This document shows, piece after piece, positions 28,135 through 36,200 of a stretch of 64,000 bases of DNA. The stretch comes from Candidatus Hydrogenedentota bacterium (GTDB taxonomy: Bacteria; Hydrogenedentota; Hydrogenedentia; Hydrogenedentales; CAITNO01): assembly GCA_019455225.1 (NCBI GenBank), contig JACFMU010000010.1:975-64974 (forward strand), in the 5' to 3' direction. Positions within the stretch are counted from its first letter, which is position 1. Each line of letters opens with the position of its first letter. The notes below the pieces were generated by a model. That model saw only the letters and a list, made by a program, of their open reading frames with translations. It ran no database searches and was not told the origin of the DNA. The translations under genes and the position numbers were made by a program.

Positions 28135-29868
28135 ATGTTTGAGCAAGTCTTCAAGAACGTTGACGATGTCCTGTGGAAAGAGGCCGGCTGCACCACGGAG
28201 CTGGACTACACCGAGCAGTCGTCGTGGCTACTTTTCCTGAAATACTTGGACGAACTGGAGCAGGACCGGGCAATGGAGGCGGAACTGGAGGGGCGGGCGT
28301 ATTCGTTCATACTCGACAGTCCGTACCGCTGGGAAAGCTGGGCCGCGCCCAAGGGTCCGGACGGGAAGGTTGACCACAACAGGGCGCTCACGGGCGACGA
28401 CCTGCGCGACTTCGTGAACCTGAAACTCTTCCCCTACCTGCACGGGTTCAAGCAGAAGGCCAGCGGGCCGAACACCATCGAGTACAAGATTGGCGAGATT
28501 TTCGGCGAGCTCAAGAACCGGATTCAGAGCGGCTACAACCTGCGCGAGATCATTGACCACATAGACGAACTGCGCTTCCGCTCGCAGACCGAGAAGCACG
28601 AGCTGTCGCACCTCTACGAGGCGAAGATCAGGAACATGGGCAACGCCGGGCGCAACGGCGGCGAGTACTACACCCCGCGCCCGCTCATCCGCGCCATTGT
28701 CCGGGTGGTGAAACCCAAAATCGGGGAAACCATCTACGATGGGGCCTGCGGCTCCGCGGGCTTCCTGTGCGAGGCTTTCGAGTATCTCAAAAACCCCGGG
28801 AACGACAATCCTGGGAACTACAATCTCCCGATTGGCTCGTCAAAATCTGCCAATCAGGAGATTGGCGTTCCCGGGGAAAGAGCCAATCAGGAGATTGGCG
28901 TTCCCAGGAGAAGCGCTACCGGGCTGAGCGTAAAAGACCTGCAAACGCTCCAGGAACGGACCTTCTACGGCAAGGAGAAGAAGAGCCTCGCCTACGTCAT
29001 CGCCATCATGAACATGATCCTCCACGGCATTGACGCGCCGAACATCCTCCACACGAACACGCTCACGGAGAACCTGGCCGACGTGCAGGAGAAGGACCGT
29101 TTCGACGTGATCCTCGCCAATCCGCCCTTTGGTGCCAAGGAGCGCAGGGAGGTCCAGCAGAACTTCCCCATCCGCACCGGCGATACCGCCTACCTCTTCC
29201 TACAGCACTTCATCAAGATGCTCCGGGCCGGGGGCCGCGCGGGCGTGGTCATCAAGAACACCTTCCTGTCCAACACGGACAACGCCTCCGTCAGCCTGCG
29301 CAGGCTGCTCCTCGAAAGCTGCAACCTGCACACCGTCCTCGACTGCCCCGGCGGCACCTTCTTGGGGGCGGGCGTGAAGACCGTCGTCCTCTTTTTCGAG
29401 AAGGGCGCGCCCACCCGGAAAATCTGGTACTACCAGCTCGACCCCGGACGCAGCCTCGGCAAGACCAACCCCCTCAACGACGACGACCTCGCCGAGTTCG
29501 TCGAACTGCAAAAGACCTGCGCCAACTCCCCCAAAAGCTGGACGGTGGACGCCGCGACCATAGACAAGACGACCTTTGACCTTTCCGTGAAGAACCCCAA
29601 CGGCGGCGAGGAGGTCATCCACCGCAGCCCGCTGGACATCTTGGACGAAATCGCCGCGCTGGACGCCGAAAGCGCCGAAGTGCTGGAAAACATCCGGGTG
29701 TTGCTCACCACCGACTCCGAAAACACCCCCTATGGGAACGCCTCCCCTGGGAACGCCAATCTCCCGATTGGCTCTTCTTCCTCCTCCACCCCTGAAAACG
29801 CCCATCACCCGGTTGGCGAACTGGGGGATGCCAATCGGGAGATTGGCGTTCCCAGGAGGGGAAAATGA
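28135..29868 (+). CDS. hsdM: Type I restriction-modification methyltransferase HsdM (N6-adenine), carrying in-frame REP insertions
   Basis: HsdM_N region (SWLLFLKYLDELE), motif I (YDGACGSAGFL) and motif IV (NPPFG). Repeat-derived peptides NPGNYNLPIGSSKSANQEIGVPGERANQEIGVP sit between motif I and the YGKE block. A second REP pair at the C-terminus precedes the stop. The stop overlaps the hsdS ATG (ATGA). Confidence 0.9.
   Translation: MFEQVFKNVDDVLWKEAGCTTELDYTEQSSWLLFLKYLDELEQDRAMEAELEGRAYSFILDSPYRWESWAAPKGPDGKVDHNRALTGDDLRDFVNLKLFPYLHGFKQKASGPNTIEYKIGEIFGELKNRIQSGYNLREIIDHIDELRFRSQTEKHELSHLYEAKIRNMGNAGRNGGEYYTPRPLIRAIVRVVKPKIGETIYDGACGSAGFLCEAFEYLKNPGNDNPGNYNLPIGSSKSANQEIGVPGERANQEIGVPRRSATGLSVKDLQTLQERTFYGKEKKSLAYVIAIMNMILHGIDAPNILHTNTLTENLADVQEKDRFDVILANPPFGAKERREVQQNFPIRTGDTAYLFLQHFIKMLRAGGRAGVVIKNTFLSNTDNASVSLRRLLLESCNLHTVLDCPGGTFLGAGVKTVVLFFEKGAPTRKIWYYQLDPGRSLGKTNPLNDDDLAEFVELQKTCANSPKSWTVDAATIDKTTFDLSVKNPNGGEEVIHRSPLDILDEIAALDAESAEVLENIRVLLTTDSENTPYGNASPGNANLPIGSSSSSTPENAHHPVGELGDANREIGVPRRGK
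28813..28905. repeat. Three REP units (1 forward, 2 reverse) inside hsdM coding sequence, frame preserved
   Basis: Variant forward unit CTGGGAACTACAATCTCCCGATTGGC, spacer TCGTCAAAATCT, then two GCCAATCAGGAGATTGGCGTTCCC units. Confidence 0.85.
29731..29853. repeat. REP pair (forward + exact reverse-complement unit) at 3' end of hsdM. The reverse unit abuts the hsdS RBS (gcgttcccAGGAGGGGAAAATG).
   Basis: Partial unit tatgggaacgcctcc, a full forward unit at 29747, a 57-bp spacer, and a reverse unit GCCAATCGGGAGATTGGCGTTCCC at 29830. Confidence 0.85.
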
Positions 29869-31007
29869 AAAAGGGGTGGGAGATTAAGACACTGGGCGAA
29901 GTGTGTGAAATCCTGGACCATAAGCGAAAGCCTGTTACCAAGCGGCACCGTGTTAGCGGTCAATACCCATACTATGGTGCAACCGGCATTCAGGATTATG
30001 TGGCCGACTATCTTTTTGATGAGCCACTTGTGTTGGTAGGTGAAGATGGCGCGAAGTGGGGGTCGGGTGAGTGTACGGCTTTTGCGGTAGAAGGAAAATG
30101 CTGGGTCAATAACCATGCTCATGTACTTCGACCATTTCGTGACATCGTCCTTGACAACTGGTTAATTCATTACCTAAATCATTCTGACTTGTCTGAGTAC
30201 GTGTCAGGCTTAACAGTTCCCAAGTTAAATCAAGGTAATCTTCGAGATATCCTCATCCCCCTCCCGCCCCTTGCCGAACAGCGGCGGATCGTGGGCATCC
30301 TCGACGAGGCGTTTGCGGGCATCGCCACCGCCAAGGCCAACGCCGAAAAGAACCTCCAAAACGCCCGCGCCCTCTTTGAAAGCCACCTGAACGCCGTCTT
30401 CACGCAGAAGGGCGAGGGATGGGTGGAGAGGAGGCTGGGGGATGTGTCAGAGGAGTTTGGGCGTGGCAAATCCAAGCATCGCCCACGAAATGATCCAAAG
30501 CTCTACGGCGGAAAATATCCATTTATTCAAACAGGTGATGTGCGTAACTGTGACCACAGAATTACAGCCTACACCCAAACGTACAATGCGATGGGGCTTG
30601 CCCAAAGCAAGTTATGGCCGAAAGGAACTCTCTGTATCACAATTGCAGCCAACATCGCGGAGACTGGTATTCTCGACTTTGACGCCTGTTTTCCCGACAG
30701 TGTCATTGGTGTCGTGGCGGATGAGAAGTCGACGAGCAATAAGTTTTTGGAATACCTTCTCCGAAGCTTCAAGACTCGGTTGCAAGCTCAGGGGAAAGGA
30801 AGCGCCCAAGACAACATCAACCTTGCCACTTTCGAAAATCAAGTTTTCCCATTTCCCGGAAGGCGGGTTCAAGACCAACTCGTCATTGAGCTCGACTCGT
30901 TACGAAAAGACACCCGCCGCCTCGAATCCGTCTACCAGCGCAAGGTTGCCGCACTGGAGGTGTTGAAGAAGTCGCTGCTGCATGAAGCGTTCACGGGGGC
31001 CTTATGA
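29865..31007 (+). CDS. hsdS: Type I R-M specificity subunit HsdS with two target-recognition domains of visibly lower G+C
   Basis: GWEIKTLGEVCEILD start. The central conserved helix is LPPLAEQRRIVGILDEAF...LFESHLNAVF and the C-terminal helix is ...LESVYQRKVAALEVLKKSLLHEAF. Both TRD-encoding segments are AT-richer than their surroundings. Confidence 0.85.
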   Translation: MKKGWEIKTLGEVCEILDHKRKPVTKRHRVSGQYPYYGATGIQDYVADYLFDEPLVLVGEDGAKWGSGECTAFAVEGKCWVNNHAHVLRPFRDIVLDNWLIHYLNHSDLSEYVSGLTVPKLNQGNLRDILIPLPPLAEQRRIVGILDEAFAGIATAKANAEKNLQNARALFESHLNAVFTQKGEGWVERRLGDVSEEFGRGKSKHRPRNDPKLYGGKYPFIQTGDVRNCDHRITAYTQTYNAMGLAQSKLWPKGTLCITIAANIAETGILDFDACFPDSVIGVVADEKSTSNKFLEYLLRSFKTRLQAQGKGSAQDNINLATFENQVFPFPGRRVQDQLVIELDSLRKDTRRLESVYQRKVAALEVLKKSLLHEAFTGAL

Positions 31008-32053
31008 CGCAGGAAAACACCGCTCCTGGGAACGCCAATCTCCCGATTGGCTCTTCAAAATCTGATGCTTCGACCCGGAGGGAAGAGGCCAATCGGGAGA
31101 TTGGCGTTCCCCGGAGGGAAGAGGCCAATCGGGAGATTGGCGTTCCCAGGGGGGAAGAGGCCAATCGGGAGATTGGCGTTCCCAGGGGGGAAGAGGCCAA
31201 TCAGGAGATTGGCGTTCCCAGGGGTGGCGTTCCAAGGGAGGAGGATGACGGAGAGGGCCGGTGGCGCAGCCGGGGTTATTTGCCGCATTTTGATAAGGCG
31301 GAGCGCGCGCAGCATGTGACGTTCCATTTGTCGGACAGTCTGCCGTGGCATGTCCTGAAACGGATGGAGGAGGAGGTCCGCGGATTGCCTGAGGATAAAC
31401 GGGATGTGGAACGGCGCAGGAAAGTGGAAAACTGGCTGGACGCGGGACATGGCTCGTGTGTGCTGCGTGTGCCGGAGGTCGCCCGGAAGGTGCAGGAGTC
31501 GCTGCTCTTTTTCGACGGACAGCGGTACCGCCTCATCGCGTGGGTGGTCATGCCAAACCATGTGCACACGCTTTTTGAACCGCTGCCCGGCTGGTCACTG
31601 AACAAGATTGTCGCGTCGTGGAAGAAGTTCACCGCGCGGATGATCCGCGATTATGAACGGGCGCATCCTGGGAACGGTCCTGGGAACGCGGATCCTGGGA
31701 ACGCCAATCTCCCGATTGGCATCTTCAATACGGCCAATCAGGAGATTGGCGTTCCCAGAGGAGAAGTTCCCGAGAAAATAAACGGGGTTTGGCATCGTGA
31801 GTTCTGGGACCGGTATGTCCGGGATGAACGGCATTTCGAGCGGGTGGTGGAATATATCCACGGGAATCCGGTGACGGCGGGGCTGGTGAAGGTGGCGGAG
31901 GATTGGCCGTGGGGGAGTGCGGGGGTGATTGGAAGGGCCAATCGGGAGATTGGCGTTCCCAAGGAGGAGGCTCCTCGGGGTGAGGGTGCCGGGGAAAGAG
32001 CCAATCAGGAGATTGGCGTTCCCAGGGAGGACGTTCCCAGGGAGGAGGAATAG
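31004..32053 (+). CDS. REP-associated tyrosine transposase (RAYT; IS200/Y1 HuH family). The core is about 31262-31934. The ORF is extended at both ends and interrupted internally by in-frame REP units.
   Basis: WRSRGYLPHFDKAERAQHVTFHLSDSLP is a RAYT N-terminal signature. The HuH motif is NHVHTLF. The C-terminal motif is EFWDRYVRDERHFERVVEYIHGNPVTAGLVKVAEDWPWGSA (Tyr motif plus NPV...DWPW). No IS ends are present. It is flanked by REPs, and its ATG overlaps the hsdS stop (ATGA). Confidence 0.75.
   Translation: MTQENTAPGNANLPIGSSKSDASTRREEANREIGVPRREEANREIGVPRGEEANREIGVPRGEEANQEIGVPRGGVPREEDDGEGRWRSRGYLPHFDKAERAQHVTFHLSDSLPWHVLKRMEEEVRGLPEDKRDVERRRKVENWLDAGHGSCVLRVPEVARKVQESLLFFDGQRYRLIAWVVMPNHVHTLFEPLPGWSLNKIVASWKKFTARMIRDYERAHPGNGPGNADPGNANLPIGIFNTANQEIGVPRGEVPEKINGVWHREFWDRYVRDERHFERVVEYIHGNPVTAGLVKVAEDWPWGSAGVIGRANREIGVPKEEAPRGEGAGERANQEIGVPREDVPREEE
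31025..31219. repeat. REP array: one forward unit then four reverse units arranged as a 36-bp-period tandem repeat (31088, 31124, 31160, 31196)
   Basis: (GGAAGAG)GCCAATCGGGAGATTGGCGTTCCC(AGGGGG) x4 encodes the peptide repeats EEANREIGVPRG. Confidence 0.9.
31677..31766. repeat. Two degenerate partial units plus a full REPIN (forward, 12-bp spacer, reverse) inside the RAYT core ORF
   Basis: cctgggaacggt, cctgggaacgcggat, then CCTGGGAACGCCAATCTCCCGATTGGC ATCTTCAATACG GCCAATCAGGAGATTGGCGTTCCC. Confidence 0.85.
31937..32023. repeat. Two reverse-orientation REP units at 3' end of RAYT ORF
   Basis: GCCAATCGGGAGATTGGCGTTCCC at 31937 and GCCAATCAGGAGATTGGCGTTCCC at 32000. Confidence 0.85.
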
Positions 32054-32172
32054 GGGGTTCTGTCTCACTGGTGAGGCATTCCGGGGCTTTTGTCTCTTTT
32101 TTGCGGTATTTTGAGACGCAAATGGAATATGATTGAGTCTTTGGGGTGGATAATTCGCCCCATGGAGCGGTT

Positions 32173-34662
32173 ATGAATGAAGCCGAAACGAGAGCCGAGC
32201 ACATTGATCCCGCGCTGAAGGCGGCGGGATGGGGTGTGGTGGAGGGCAGCCGCATTCTCCGGGAGCACCGGATCGCGCCGGGACGGCTGCAGGGGGGCGG
32301 GAAACGGCACAAGCCGGAGATCGCGGACTATGTGCTGGTGTACCGCAACCTGAAGCTGGCGGTGGTGGAGGCAAAGCCCTGGGGCGCGCCGTACACGGAG
32401 GGGGTGGCCCAGGCCAAGGAGTACGCGAAAAAACTGGCCGTCCGCTTCACCTATTCGACCAACGGGCAGAAGATTTACGGGATTGACATGGAAACGGGCA
32501 AGGAGGGGGATGTCGCCGACTATCCCGGCCCGGAGGCGCTGTGGACGCTGACCTTTGCGGAGCAGAACGAGTGGCGGGACCGCTTTGCCAAGGTGCCCTA
32601 TGAGGACAAGGGCGGCAGCCACTGCACGCGCTATTATCAGGACATCGCCATCCAGAACGTGATGGAGGCGATTGCGGGCGGGGAGGAGCGGATTCTGCTG
32701 ACGCTGGCCACGGGCACCGGAAAGACCTTCATCGCGTTCCAGATCGCGTGGAAGCTCTTCCACAGCCGCTGGACCCTGAACCGGGACGCCCAGCGGCGCC
32801 CGCGCATCCTCTTCCTGGCGGACCGCAACATTCTGGCGGACCAGGCGTACAACGCCTTTTCCGCGTTCCCGGAGGATGCGATGGTGCGGATTGCCCCGGA
32901 GGACATCCGCAAGAAGGGGAAGGTGCCCAAGAACGGGAGTATCTTCTTCACCATCTTCCAGACTTTCATGTGCGAAAATGGCAACACGACCTCTGGAAAC
33001 GCACTGCCCGGGAACGCCAATCTCCCGATTGGCTCTTCCTCCCCTGGGAACGCCAATCTCCCGATTGGCTCTTCAAAGTCTGCCAATCAGGAGATTGGCG
33101 TTCCCAGGGAGGACATTCCCAGGGAGGACGGCCCCGCGTATTACTTCGGCGGGTACCCGCAGGATTTCTTTGACCTGATCATCATTGACGAGTGCCACCG
33201 GGGCGGCGCGAACGATGAAAGCAGTTGGCGGGGCATCATGGAGTATTTTTCGCCCGCCGTGCAGTTGGGGCTGACCGCCACGCCGAAGCGGAAGGAGAAC
33301 GCGGACACCTACAAGTATTTTGGCGAGCCGGTGTTCGTGTATTCCCTGAAGGACGGCATCAACGACGGCTACCTCACGCCGTTCAAGGTGAGGCAGATAT
33401 CCACCACGCTGGACGAGTATGTGTACACCCCGGACGATGTGCTGGTCGAGGGCGAGGTCGAACAGGGGAAGCGGTACACGGAGAAGGACTTCAACAAGAT
33501 CATCGAGATAAAGGAGCGCGAGGCGTACCGGGTGGGGCTGTTCATGGAGATGATTGACCAGCGGGAAAAGACGCTGGTGTTCTGCGCCACACAATTGCAC
33601 GCGCTGGCCGTGCGCGACCTGGTCAACCAGATGAAGTCCGCCAAGGACCCGGACTACTGCCACCGGGTGACCGCTGACGACGGGAAGCTGGGCGACCAAT
33701 GGCTGCGCGACTTTCAGGACAACGAGAAGAGCGTTCCGACCATCCTGACCACCTCGCAGAAACTCTCCACCGGGGTGGACGCGCGCAATGTGCGCAACAT
33801 CGTGCTGATGCGCCCCGTCAACTCGATGATCGAGTTCAAGCAGATCATCGGGCGCGGCACCCGGCTCTATGACGGCAAGGACTACTTCACCATATACGAC
33901 TTCGTGAAGGCGCACCACCATTTCAGCGACCCGGAGTGGGACGGGGAACCTGCGGAACCGACGGGGCCGACAATAACGCGCGTGAAAGAGGACCCGCCGG
34001 AACCGCCGTACCCCGGCCCGGAGCCCCCGGAACCGCGCAAGGAGAAAATTCGGATTAAACTGGCCGACGGGAAGGAGCGCGCCATCCAGCACATGGCGGC
34101 GACCACTTTCTGGAGCCCGGACGGCACGCCGATGTCCGCCGCCCAGTTCCTCGAAAGCCTCTTCGGTGCGCTGCCGGACTTCTTTAAAAACGAGGACGAG
34201 TTGCGGGCCATATGGAGCGTTCCGGACACACGGAAGGCGTTTCTCCAAGGGTTGGCCGACAGGGGCTTTGGCCCGGAGCCGATGGCGGAGATGCAGCGGA
34301 TAATTGACGCCGAAAAGAGCGACCTCTTCGACGTGCTGGCCTATGTGGCGTTTGCCATGCCGACCGTCACCCGCGCGGAGCGCGCCGCCGCCGCCAGGAC
34401 CCGCCTGCATGGGCGCTTCACCGCGAAGCAGGAGGCCTTCCTCGACTTTGTGCTGTCCCATTATGTGCGCCAGGGCGTGGAGGAACTGGACCAGGAGAAA
34501 CTGGCCCCGTTGATCAGGCTCCGCTACAACAACGCCGTGGCCGACGCTGTCGCCGACCTGGGCAAACCCCATGAAATCAGGCGGATTTTTACCGGGTTCC
34601 AGAAGTACCTCTACCAGCCCGCCCATGGCGGCACACATCGGTACGGTTTCGCCTCCGCCTGA
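32173..34662 (+). CDS. hsdR: Type I restriction enzyme R subunit HsdR (helicase/nuclease) with in-frame REP insertion
   Basis: N-terminal nuclease region (AETRAEHIDPALKAAGW...YVLVYRNLKLAVVEAK). Helicase motif I is LATGTGKTF and DEAH-type motif II is IIIDECHRG. The repeat-derived peptide ALPGNANLPIGSSSPGNANLPIGSSKSANQEIGVP lies between motifs Ia and II. Confidence 0.85.
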   Translation: MNEAETRAEHIDPALKAAGWGVVEGSRILREHRIAPGRLQGGGKRHKPEIADYVLVYRNLKLAVVEAKPWGAPYTEGVAQAKEYAKKLAVRFTYSTNGQKIYGIDMETGKEGDVADYPGPEALWTLTFAEQNEWRDRFAKVPYEDKGGSHCTRYYQDIAIQNVMEAIAGGEERILLTLATGTGKTFIAFQIAWKLFHSRWTLNRDAQRRPRILFLADRNILADQAYNAFSAFPEDAMVRIAPEDIRKKGKVPKNGSIFFTIFQTFMCENGNTTSGNALPGNANLPIGSSSPGNANLPIGSSKSANQEIGVPREDIPREDGPAYYFGGYPQDFFDLIIIDECHRGGANDESSWRGIMEYFSPAVQLGLTATPKRKENADTYKYFGEPVFVYSLKDGINDGYLTPFKVRQISTTLDEYVYTPDDVLVEGEVEQGKRYTEKDFNKIIEIKEREAYRVGLFMEMIDQREKTLVFCATQLHALAVRDLVNQMKSAKDPDYCHRVTADDGKLGDQWLRDFQDNEKSVPTILTTSQKLSTGVDARNVRNIVLMRPVNSMIEFKQIIGRGTRLYDGKDYFTIYDFVKAHHHFSDPEWDGEPAEPTGPTITRVKEDPPEPPYPGPEPPEPRKEKIRIKLADGKERAIQHMAATTFWSPDGTPMSAAQFLESLFGALPDFFKNEDELRAIWSVPDTRKAFLQGLADRGFGPEPMAEMQRIIDAEKSDLFDVLAYVAFAMPTVTRAERAAAARTRLHGRFTAKQEAFLDFVLSHYVRQGVEELDQEKLAPLIRLRYNNAVADAVADLGKPHEIRRIFTGFQKYLYQPAHGGTHRYGFASA
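32994..33105. repeat. REP units inside hsdR (two forward, one reverse, plus a partial)
   Basis: Forward units at 33008 and 33043, spacer TCTTCAAAGTCT, reverse unit at 33082. Confidence 0.85.
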
Positions 34663-34780
34663 GCATCCCGCCTTTCCGTTGACTTTTTCGCGTTGTTGCG
34701 GTACTGTTCCGTTGTGTCCGGCGGTGGATGGCCGGGGACGGAAAGCAGCGCGCACGGCGACCAACTCACGGGAGGCCCGC

Positions 34781-36196
34781 ATGACCACAGGGGAAAACCG
34801 CACGCAGGGGGGGGCGCGCATGACCCGCCAGGACAAGGCGCGCATCTTCGCCCTGTTCGGACGCCACATCAACAAGAACCAGATCAAGTACCTGAGCGCG
34901 GGGCATCTGGACGTGTTCGAGTCCCGGCGCGAGGGGGTGGGCTTCACGGACCCCGTGTCGGGCCGGCAGATGTATGACTGCTTCACGGCGGCGGGCTGTT
35001 TCAATGTGTCGCGGCGGAACCCTGAGGTGGTGGCGGCGCTGGAAGCGGCGGCGGACGAGCTGGACATGGGCAGCCGCCTGCTGTCCTCGCCGGAACGGGA
35101 GGAGCTGGCGCGGCGGCTGGCGGCGCTGGCGCCGGAGGGGCTGGACCGGGTGCTCTTCGCGGCGGGCGGGGGCGAGGCGGTGGACTGCGCCCTGAAACTG
35201 GCGCGGGGCGCGACGGGCCGCGGCGGGATTGTCTCCACCGTGAAGGCCTACCACGGCCACACGGGCTTCGCCCTGAGCGCGAACGGCAAGGAGCATTACC
35301 GGCACTGTTTCGAGCCGCTGATGCCGGGCTTCTCGTTTGTCCCCTTCAACGATTTGGGCGCGATGACGGCGGCGGTGTCAAAGGACACTGCGGCGGTCAT
35401 CATCGAGCCGGTGCAGGGCGAGGCGGGCATCTTCCCCGCCACCGCAGAATACCTGCGGGGTCTGCGCGCGCTCTGCGACCGGCACGGCGCGCTGCTCATT
35501 TTCGACGAGATACAGACGGGCTTCGGGCGCACGGGGCGCGTGTTCGCCTCGGAGCATTCGGGGGTGGTCCCGGACCTGATGACGGTGGCCAAGTCCCTGG
35601 GCGGGGGACTCTGCGCGAACGCCGCGCTGCTCTACCGGGACACGCCCAGGCTGCGCGGCTTTGTGGAGGCGCACCCGGATTTCCATGAGACGTATGCGGG
35701 CGGCGGGGGCATCGCGTGCCGGGTCTCGCTGAAGGTGCTGGACTATCTGGAGAAGCACCGGCTCTGGGAGAACGCGGCGCGGCAGGGCGCGCGGCTGAAG
35801 GAGACCCTGGAGGGGCTGAAGCGCGAGAATCCCGGCATCATCCTCCATGTGCGGGGCCTGGGCCTGATGGTGGGGCTGGAGTACACCCACGAGTTCATGG
35901 GCCCCATGATGTCCGACGCGCTGGCAAAACGCGGGGTCTTCGCCGCCTACTCGGGGAACGCGCCGCAGGTGATGCGGTTCATGGTCCCCATCACGGTGTC
36001 GGACGCGGAGCTGGACGAGATTACCGCGGCAATTCGCGGGGCCGTGAAGGACATGAAGACCCTGCTGCCGCTCGCCCTGCTGGCGGCCAAAATTCCCGGG
36101 GTGCTGCGGCTGCTGAACAACGAGAAGATTCAGACAACCCTCTTCACCTATGTCAGAAAACTGGAAGCGCTGCTGCCGCGCGGCGGGGGGAACTGA
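34781..36196 (+). CDS. Class-III (PLP) aminotransferase
   Basis: Ornithine/acetylornithine/GABA-aminotransferase-like motifs: LIFDEIQTGFGRTG and TVAKSLGGG (PLP lysine). GGAGG RBS before ATG 34781. Confidence 0.8.
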   Translation: MTTGENRTQGGARMTRQDKARIFALFGRHINKNQIKYLSAGHLDVFESRREGVGFTDPVSGRQMYDCFTAAGCFNVSRRNPEVVAALEAAADELDMGSRLLSSPEREELARRLAALAPEGLDRVLFAAGGGEAVDCALKLARGATGRGGIVSTVKAYHGHTGFALSANGKEHYRHCFEPLMPGFSFVPFNDLGAMTAAVSKDTAAVIIEPVQGEAGIFPATAEYLRGLRALCDRHGALLIFDEIQTGFGRTGRVFASEHSGVVPDLMTVAKSLGGGLCANAALLYRDTPRLRGFVEAHPDFHETYAGGGGIACRVSLKVLDYLEKHRLWENAARQGARLKETLEGLKRENPGIILHVRGLGLMVGLEYTHEFMGPMMSDALAKRGVFAAYSGNAPQVMRFMVPITVSDAELDEITAAIRGAVKDMKTLLPLALLAAKIPGVLRLLNNEKIQTTLFTYVRKLEALLPRGGGN

Positions 36197-36200
36197 GGCC

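Noticed and set aside
31088-31219. Possibility that the 36-bp tandem array (and the repeat clusters generally) is a CRISPR array
   Set aside because: Units abut without unique spacers (period 36 bp = 24-bp repeat + 12 constant bp). No cas genes. The sequence is the same hairpin family dispersed as singletons and inverted pairs, which fits REP/REPIN elements.
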